A program made the translations under genes and the position numbers. Source: Callorhinchus milii (Eukaryota). Taken from it: a stretch of 64,000 bases of DNA. Below are positions 54,789-64,000 of this stretch, piece after piece; position 1 is the first letter of the stretch; each line of letters starts with the position of its first letter. A model generated the notes under the pieces. The model was not told the origin of the DNA. It saw only the letters and a list, made by a program, of their open reading frames with translations, and ran no database searches. Where the stretch lies: assembly GCF_018977255.1 (NCBI RefSeq), contig NW_024704749.1, positions 10,230,001 through 10,294,000 of the forward strand, in the 5' to 3' direction.

Positions 54789-57700
54789 TCAACGTTTCAA
54801 TTCTAGTTTGGCGATGGCAGTCCTGTGAACCTCATCCGGTCCGTCAGCAAGTCGTAAGGCACGAGCCCAGCCAAAGTACTCTGCCAGGGGGTAGTCACTG
54901 CTGAGACCCGCTCCTCCGAATGCCTAAACAAACACACAACGGAAACTGTCAGAGAATACACTGACACCGATGTTATATCCTGAGACAATTCAGAATCATT
55001 GTCTTGATAGAGGGTAGATGAGCTATGACCAATCTACATCTCTGCTCTCAGCAATGTTCAGCGATTGCTCACTCACGGCGTACACACAGCGCTGCTGTCT
55101 CCCCGCGCCCTCATGTGGAATGTTTTATTGTTGTCAGGCACAAGACTCAACAGCTTACGAAAAAAAAACAGGAGCTGTCAGACAGCAGAGGGAAGAGAAG
55201 GAAACCTTGAGCTTTGCCTGTCAGCTTGTACATAGAATTCTTGGAACTCTGACCTTCAGAGGCCTCTCACCAACACAGCTCTGGGTTCCTCCATTTTTCA
55301 GAGCTCAATATATCGTATAAATATAGGAGGAGTCCGGGAGCGTAGTGGTTAGAGCAAGAGCACCCGGGTTTGATTCCCGGACAGGTCAAGTTTCCTTACT
55401 CCACACACTTCTGCTTACCTAGCAGTAAGTAGGAACCTGGGTGTTAGTCGAAATACCGGATCACTTTCTGGGGGTAACAATCCCTCCAAAAAAAGTAAAA
55501 TTTCGTCACTCAATCCACAACTGCTTGTGGGACACTGCTGTGCGCAATTGGCTGCCGCATTTCACCTACAAATACACAACCAATCCACTTTACAGTATAT
55601 TCTGTGAAGTGCTTTGAGACGTCCCAACGACGTGATAAATCGCTATATCAAATGCAAGGATTATTATTCTAAAGCCAACGCAGCGCTAACCCTGGTGGCT
55701 ACGTTCCGGTGGCTCTTTGCTGCATTAGCAGATCGTAAGTCTAGCATCCTGACCAATGTAAATGTTTGTAGATCAGTCTCTCACAAGAGGTGAGAAACAG
55801 AGAAGATGCCAAGTGGCAAAACAAAGCTCTCTCGTCCTTAAACAAATGAAAGCATCACGGAACAACACAGGCAGAGGAGTTACGATCTGGAATGCTTTCA
55901 AAACTTTCAATAGGGAATTGGATAGATTCTTGAAAAGAGCGGGTGAGTGGGAACTAGTTGGTTGCTCTTTCAAAGAGCCAGCACGGCCAATTGGCCTCCT
56001 TCTGTGCTGTAGAATTCTGTGATTCTATGACGTGGAACACGCAGCCAACCTATAATCCCATTTTCTGGCCCCTCTCTTTGGATTTATTTTCCGGGAATAA
56101 TTATTGAACATTTACAAGATCAAATGAGACAGAAAATCTATCATTGTGTAACTCAGGGAACAAGACAGAGAGTCACCATGGTCATGCGCACACTTTATGA
56201 GCACATGTTTAACCAGTTCATGCATCGATTGCATTGCACATCACCTGTCCTTACCTGAATTGCACGGTCAATGACCTTCAAAGCCATGTTAGGCACCAAG
56301 AGTTTAATCATGGAGATCTCAGGGGCAGCTGCCTGGAACAACAGGGAAGTAAATGGTTTCAGAGAAATCAATAATTCACACTGCAGTGGGCGAGGAAATC
56401 AAGGACGAGCACGAGGCCACGTAAAAAAGAATGCAAGACAAGAAGTAAAAAAATCTGACTTGCAAAAGAGCAATAAAACATGAGAGAGAGGGCACTTACT
56501 TTACAGGCGTGCACCCTTTGCTGTATTGCTTTGGGTGGCACTGTGGAGTCTAGCTCTTCACTGACCTTGTTTCCTACGGTGTCCATGAGATGTGCTGCTT
56601 TCAGCACCAGCAGCCGTGCCTGTTCGATCTCAACCCGGGAGTGAGCCATGTCTGCCATGATAGTGCCCTGCTCAGCGAGTGGCTTCCCAAAAGCATTTCG
56701 AGTTTTCACCTACAGTTACAAGGAGCGGGAGGTTGGACCGATGGTTAGGGAACCTTCCTGTCTTGTATGGCTTACTACGAGAAGGATTATTTTCAATCCA
56801 TGTATCGCACGCCATTCCCCAACTGATGATGTAAGAAACAGGAAGGGAGAAAACCACAGTTAGTATTACCCAATACACCCCCACCCATCCCCCAAAGGGG
56901 GATATTTACTTGAAAAGGAAAAATGTACGGGGCTATGGGGTAAGAGAGGGGGAGTGAGACTTGTTGATAGCTCTTTCAAAGAGCCGACACAAGCACAGTG
57001 GGCCAAATGGCCTCCTTCTGTGCTGTAGGATTCCATACATTCCTTATCCAGAGTAACCCAGGTCATGTGGGTTTCCATTAACAGCAGTCAGTTATAGAAC
57101 CTCTTACTCATTAATTGTTTCTATGATTCAGTGTTACATATTCACCCGTTCTTTCATGAGTTCCAATGCTCGTTCTGCATTGCCAATGAGCCGCATGCAG
57201 TGGTGTATCCTTCCGGGGCCCAGCCTACCCTGGGCGATTTCAAACCCTCGGCCAGGCTCCAGCAGAATGTTTTCCTTCGGCACACGGACATTTTCAAAAA
57301 GCAGCTCCCCATGTCCTCCTGAAGCCATGTCATAAACGTGTTATTACACCAATCATTGTATCTGTGACAACCCAACCTTTGTATGTCTTCCACCTGCCAC
57401 CCAATCTCAAACATTGTACCATTTCTGCCACCAATTGCCCAATTCCAACATCTGTACATCTCCCCCCACCCTTTGCCAGCTGATCTGCAATCTATTTAGC
57501 CGCTGAGAAGCTCTGTCCCTACAATGTGACCTCGCTCAATGTCCTTTAATGATATCCTATCTCACCTGGCGGGTCCTCCATCCCATACACGGAGAGGGCA
57601 CGGAGAACCTGAATCCCGGGTGTATCCATAGAAACCAGAACCATGGATTGCTGCCGATGTCGCGGAGCCTTGGGATCGGTCTTTCCCATAAACACACAGA

Positions 57701-60700
57701 GTTTGCAGCGAGGATCAAGGGCACCTGGCAGGAGGCAGAGATGGTCATGGGCTACTACACGCACACACACACAGTTTAATCTTTGAAGCACTTTGTCTAA
57801 ACGATGTGGTGAGGCGCTAGATCAAATGCAAGGATTATTATTATTTATTCTACATCTTCTAAAACAGAATTGGCAGATCTTATACCTTTGTGCATCCAAT
57901 GCCAGTATCAAGCACTACCAGGTAACAAGCAGAGTAAAATTCTCTTCACAATTTCCCATCAGGTATTGCTAGTTCTGGCAGCATACAGGTAAACTGCAGT
58001 GTAAAACACCCTTCGGTGTGGTGACAAAATATGCCTTAACCCTAAATCTCAGGGAAGAACCCCATAATGTACCATTGAAACGTACAGCACAGAAGGCCAT
58101 TCGACCCACCATGTCTGTGCTGGCTCTATTAATGAGCAATCCTTCCAGTCCAATTTACATGCTGTTTCCCCATATCCTCTTTTCTTTTAGATATCTTTCA
58201 AGTTCCCTTTGTGGAAGCTAATATAGAATCTGCCTCAACCACTAACACTCCTGGCAGGGCATTCCATACCCTAACCAGCGCAACATATCCCAAACTTAGA
58301 TCTTTACACCAATCTGAGCAATAAAATCTTCATCCCATGCTTCTAAACTGGGATCAAATTAAAATCCAAGAGATGATAAACAATGCACCAAACCCTGCGC
58401 TACCTACCCTCCTGCCGTTGGCTGCAGACGCGCCTCACTCTTACCTGTGGTCCACCATTTGTGGCCGTTGAGGATGTAAAAGTCTCCATCCTCGACGATT
58501 GAGGCTTCAATGTTTGTAGCATCCGAGGAGGCCACCTGGATGTAACAAAGAACAATTAATCTGGCTATGTCTCTCATATCTCTGTTTGCTTCCAAAATAG
58601 GTTAGAGAGTTGTATAGATTGTCGATGAATCAGGTTCTGGAATGTGGAAACACAGGTCACATAAAGGGCAAAGCAGCATTGAAAACGGTTCTCAGAAGTG
58701 CCCTCGAAGGACTAAGTTACAAAGAAAGACTCAGACAAAGACAAGTTTCTTTAAGGCTTGAGAAAAGAAAAAAGGGATAATGGAAATAGAGCACCTGGGG
58801 CTCAGTCATGGCGAAACACGATCTGATTTTCCCATCCAACAGTGGAAAGAGCCATTGTTTCTTCTGTGATTCGGTCCCATATCGGACCAGCACCTCCATA
58901 TTCCCCGTGTCTGGCGCCGAGCAGTTAAACACCTGTCAAAAGGGAAATGTTTCAGAAAATTGCTCGAACAAGGCACAGATCACTCCACTTTACAGTATAT
59001 TCTGTGAAGCGCTTTGAGACGTCTTGATGACGTGGTAAGGCGCTATGTCAAATGCAAGGATTATGATTATTGTTATTATTATTAAACCATAGGGCACAAG
59101 GCAGAGGGACTCACTCACGAGGCAATGTCATACTAATACCTCCGGTGCGTGCAGTGACCTGCCCATGACTTCGCAGAGGTAAGCAAACTCCAAATTTGTT
59201 AATCCGGCTCCGTATTCGATCTTGGGATCCGCCTCCAGAGGTAGAAACAGGTTCCAGAGTCCGTCCTCTCTAGCTTTCCTCTGAAAACACAAGGATTAAC
59301 TCTTTTAATGTCAGGATTCTACCCAAATGTAAGGGTGTTTCGCTGCTGGCTATTAGGAAAGGGGAAGGAAATGAACCTCAACTCCCCTAAACCATGCTGA
59401 AAATCATGGAACATTTTCAGCTATATTTCTGCCTCAACCCCACCCGTTCCTTCCAGCCTTGCTGGTAATCTAACAGGAACGTGGATAAAATCTAATCCTT
59501 CGTCACTGGGTGAAAGCTGGTGGGGATCTTACTTCAGACCTGTCTCTTCTTGGGACAATTTTTCTGCTGTAGTGAAAGCTCATACCTTTAGCTCTTCTAT
59601 GTGGGGGTTTGGGATCCATCGATTGTCAGAGCTCTGGTAGTCTCTCAACTCCTGCTCCAAGGGGAGCACCTGCTTGTCCATGAAGGTACTCAGTGTGCGA
59701 TGTAACTCCTGCACCCGGACAGGCAGACTCTCAGCGGAAACAATCAGATGACCTTTGGGAGCAGATGCCATTGCTACAGCTGGGTGTCTGGGGGCTTTGA
59801 TATCAAACGAGGATGATACATGTGTCGCTGACGAACTCTGCCTGCTCCACGTCGCGAAGCTCCTCAACGGAACTCCCGGGTTTCCAGTCGGAATCGATTT
59901 GAAGATGCGGAAACCTTCTTTTGTGGCAAACACCCAAGCCAAGTCAGCCATTTCCTCAGCAAGCTTCCCAACCCCTGCTGCCTCGGCTGAACTTGCCTGT
60001 CCTGGACAGAAACACAAAGGAATTATCTTTCCTAAAGCTCTTTATTGTGGCAAAGGAACTCTCTCCCCCAAAAGGCTGTGGATGCCAATTGATCAATTGA
60101 ATTTTTTCATGACTGTGGTGGATAGATTTTTGTTAAGTCAGGGTATCAAGGGATATGGAGCAAATGCGGGTAATCGGAGCTGAGGTACAGATCAGCCATG
60201 ATCTAATTGAATGGAGGAATAGGCTCGAGGGGCTGAATGGCCTAGCCCTGGTCCTATGTTCTCCGTACAGTACTACCTGGCAATACCTTGTCGAAAGCCT
60301 CAATGCATGACCTGATTGTATGGTTCCCTCCGTCCACAGTCACTGATACACAATCTTTAGTAGTTGGTCTCTATTTTGCTCACCTTGTAGTGATCGCTTG
60401 TAGACACCCTGGAGGATGGCAGCAATTCGGAAAAAGGCAAAGGCCATGTAGAAATTCCAATTTTCAACAGACCTGATTCCCATGTTCTCACAGTAAAGAG
60501 AGAGGTATTCCTCATCGGATGGGATTCCCATCTCTGCCAAGTCGTACTCACTCAGTCCTGCAGCAACAAACGGAAACTGAATTTAAACATTAATAATAAT
60601 AATAATCCTTGCATTTGATATAGCAACTTATCACATCTTCAAGACGTCTCAAAGCGCTTCACAGAATATACTGTAAAGTGAACTGACTGTGTACGTTGTG

Positions 60701-63700
60701 GGGGAAACGCGGCATTGTTTCTCTATCACAGAACGGATCCTCACACTCATCCACAAATCCCTTCACACCCTGGCACTTCCCTACCTTTCTGACCTCCTTT
60801 CTCCCCGCTCCACTATCTGCTGCCTCCGCTCGGCTGGCTCCAGCCTCCTGCTTGTCCCTCGTTCCCTCCACTCTACCATCGGCGGCTGCACTTTCAATCA
60901 CTACTCCCCAAATCTTTAATTCTCTCTCTCAACCTTGGCACCTCCTTCCCCTCTTTTAGATCAGAACTGAAGACCTCTCTATTTGAATGTGCTTACAGTC
61001 ACCTCCTCCCTCCACCTGGCTTGGTGTTGGGCTTTGCCACTATTAAGCGCTCTGAGACTCTGCCCCGCATGAAGGGTGCTATATAAATGCAAGTTGTTGT
61101 TATTTTAATAAATACCAGCCTGGCTGAATGGCTTGTTTCTGTGCTGTAACGTCCTATGTAATTCCATGTCTTGCTCCCCACTTACCCTTCAGGAGGTGGA
61201 AATCTGGTGGCAGATGGTGCACTAAACAATTATAGGTCACATCGGAGAGGGGATCGCCGAGCGTGGACAGTTCCCAGTCTAACACAGCCAGCACCTCCGG
61301 CTTGTCAGGGTGGAACACCACGTTGTCCAGCCTATTTGGTGAGACAAAAGGAGAGTTCAATTTATATAAAGCAGATGTGTAGCTCTCAGCACAATTGCAC
61401 ACACTCTAACCACATCCACCCGGGGCCCTGCAACTGAAACACAACAATTCTTAGTCACTGTGAAGACATTCTCGTTTGCTGAGGTGGTTTTGTGAACAAC
61501 AACAACAAGATTGCATTTATAGATCGCCTTTCACGTCGGGAGGACGTCCCAAGGTGCTGGACAGTTGGGTCGGGACCCGAGCATTGGGGGGGGGGCGGGG
61601 GGAAATGGTCAGGGTGAGGGGAGGGAAGGGAGGGAGCGAGGAGGGGGTAGAGAGTCGAGAGGGGAGCTGAAGGCACGGTTGAACAGAAAGGTTTTGAGAC
61701 CGGCCTTGAAGGAGGAAAGGGAGGAAGCGGCGAAGGCACTGGGGGATAGAGTTCCAGAGCCTCGGGGCTGAGAGGCTGAAGGCCCGGCCACCGATGGTAG
61801 GGCGGTTGGGGCGGGGGATGTGGAGCAGACCGGAGCCAGAGGAACGGAGAGTACGGGCAGGTAGGTAGGGGGATAGTAGGTCGGAGAGGCAGGAGAGAGC
61901 GAGGCCGTGAATGGCCTTGTAGGTGAGGATGAGGATCTTGAATTCGATCCTCTGGGGGATGGGAAGCAGTGGGGGCGAGCGAGTGATGTGGTCGCGAAGC
62001 CTGGTGCGGGACAGTGCACGAGCTGCAGAGTTCTGAATGACCTGCAGCTTGTGGAGGGAGGTGCCGGGAAGGCCGACGAGGAGAGAGTTCCTACTTGGCG
62101 TGCCCTACCTGAAATCTCCGTGCACAACTGTGGTGGTCTCTTGTGTGGGGAGATGGTCCGGGAGCCACTGTATGAGCCTCTCCATGGCCGGGATCGTTCG
62201 AGTCTCACTCGCTCTGTACTGCTTACTCCAAGTGCGCACCTGACGCTCAATGTAGTTACCTGAAAACAAATTACTTTGCGTAAAACCCTCGGCTGTCGAA
62301 GAAAAATCAGATACACACAATCAATAATCGATTGGAATCAGGTCTCCCTCACCGTATTTGCCATAATCCTCCAGCCCAGCAGCCTGGATGTTAACCTGGT
62401 GAATCTGACAGAGAGTCCGGTTCATGGCTGTGTAGATCTCTCTCCGTTGACTCGGGTTTAACCCCGGCAGTGATGGGTCCTTAAAAATGCGTCCTGGGCA
62501 GTACTCCATCAGGTAAAAGGAGGTGCCCAGAACACTGGGGAGACAGGAGTAACAGTATTATAGAGGAACAGAGCAACCAGCGAACACGACGCCAGTAATC
62601 CACTGCACCGCGAGTTTACGAAGACCTTGCTCTTCGACCGCGTCGTCGGTCCTCTCCTACCCCCACCCTCCCTGCAGTCACCCTCCTATCCCTACCCTCT
62701 CTGCCCTCTACCCCTCCTGACTGTCCTCGACTTTCCAGCGCCTTCGGATGTCCTCCTGAAGTGAAAGGCGCAGAGTGAATGTCATTTGTTGTTATTGCGT
62801 GCCGAGGGACCTACATACCTGGGATCCTCACAGAGGGCCAGTGGCTTTGGGACAGGGACTCCCATCCCGGCAAGAGCTTTCATCACCCTGAAAGGAACCA
62901 AGAAAGTAAAGCCTTTCCATCAAATAATTTCGAACAAGTGAATGAAAATGAATTAGAAATTCTCTAAATCAAGGCAACAAACCCAAACGTGCTTGAGAGG
63001 CTTTTCGCTCCAGTATGTTTCCGCTCACATTGGCTTTAGAACAGATTCTATTCTCTCCCACATTGTACCTACTACCTAACCCCTCACGCACACAAAGAGG
63101 TCTGTATCTGTACTCCCCCCCCACTCTCAAACACACAGTGTACCCGTACACTCTCCACACCTCGCACACACAGTGTACCTATACTCCCCCACTCTCACAC
63201 ACACGTACTGCCTGTACTCTCTCCCCTCCCCCTCACACACACACACACACACACACAGTACCTATACTCTCGCTCCACCAGGTGAGCTGATGGAAGCAGT
63301 TTTCCAGGTGGCTTTTTCCTCAGGACCAGCTGTCGGTCACCGCTCTGCAGGTGGTATGTGGGGTTGGACTGTCCGTGCGTAAACTGCCGCAGACTCAATG
63401 GTTCTGAAAGCAGACAATCGTTTATTACAGCACACGCAACTCCCCCCCACCTCATGAACTTGCGGGACACGTCATATCATTGTTGTTGTTGCCTTATCAC
63501 ATCGTCGGGACGTCTTAAAGCGCTTCACAGGATATACTGTGAAGAGGATTCACTGTGTATTTTGTGGGCAAAATTTCCATTCGATTTCTCTTTTAGGTAA
63601 GGACCGCATCTAAAAGTAACCTGAGTCACAAGTGAAGGGCTGGTCCTTCAGCAGTTTGATGGAATAATAATAATAATAATCCTTGCAATTGATACAGTGC

Positions 63701-63987
63701 CTTGTCACGATCATTGAGACATCTCAAGGCACTTCACAGAATATACTGTGAAGTACAATGACTGTGTATTTTGTGGGCGAAACACGGCAGCTAATTTCGC
63801 GCAGCAATTGGAATGTAAATACTCTACCCATTGAGCTTTGCCCCAGAGCTGTCTGGAGATATTCCTTCAGCTTGTCCACAGGAATTTCCATGCCCTGACG
63901 TACAGCCCGCGTGCCCTCCACATACCCATGTAGTGGGAACCCCAGCATGTCTGCCAACTCCTGCAGGGCTGCAGAACTGTCCTGAAC
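54789..63987 (-). CDS. ACAD10: Acyl-CoA dehydrogenase family member 10 (partial: end of HAD domain, APH-kinase, ACAD domain); 5' exons lie beyond the window
   Basis: 16 exons: 63828..63987,63262..63403,62819..62887,62353..62534,62109..62259,61186..61331,60384..60557,59586..60001,59140..59280,58795..58932,58445..58535,57566..57724,57146..57318,56566..56709,56255..56332,54789..54923 (2499 nt, in frame). [78 protein letters not shown]. Confidence 0.95.
55327..55668 (+). mobile_element. tRNA-derived SINE
   Basis: ggagtccgggagcgtagtggttagagc head to gcaaggattattatt tail. Confidence 0.85.
60720..61105 (+). mobile_element. L2 LINE 3' fragment
   Basis: [39 protein letters not shown]; tail aaatgcaagttgttgttatt. 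Confidence 0.8.
61495..62090 (-). mobile_element. L2 LINE, 5'-truncated
   Basis: Close match to the 6170 and 39155 L2 copies (..[16 protein letters not shown]); (GTT)n tail at ~61495. Confidence 0.88.
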
Positions 63988-64000
63988 CTAGAGGGAAACA

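Noticed and set aside
61609-62316. 235-aa ORF, among the longest in the track
   Set aside because: Off-frame reading of an ACAD10 exon running into an L2 fragment
54789-63987. ACAD11 as an alternative identity
   Set aside because: Coding sequence continues upstream of the kinase domain (HAD-domain end), the linker matches ACAD10, there is no PTS1, and linkage to RPL6 fits ACAD10

Overview
Vertebrate genomic DNA. The dominant tRNA-derived SINE, L2, CR1 and Deu-type repeats point to a cartilaginous fish, probably a chimaera such as Callorhinchus (inference). I reconstructed five spliced genes exon by exon with GT-AG junctions: a divergent RABGEF1/Rabex-5 paralogue (+, 9636-14158), then four minus-strand genes in tandem: MORC2 (15650-36166, 26 coding exons), a TMEM248/TMEM219-family paralogue (40064-44268), RPL6 (47623-51363) and the 3' part of ACAD10 (54789 to beyond 63987). 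A probable last exon and 3'UTR of an unidentified + strand gene opens the window, and there is a 144-nt assembly gap. Most notable observations: (i) an apparent ohnologue pair, RABGEF1-like plus TMEM248-like, with the Rabex-5 copy lacking its MIU, the P317-equivalent residue and the Pro-rich tail; (ii) two RPL6 introns carrying a shared box C/D-like structured element; (iii) a candidate poison exon in MORC2 intron 1; (iv) SINE copies near promoters strongly shifted to GC; (v) a frame anomaly at MORC2 exon 8. No prokaryote-type system is present. Comparisons to human proteins are from memory, not from database searches.
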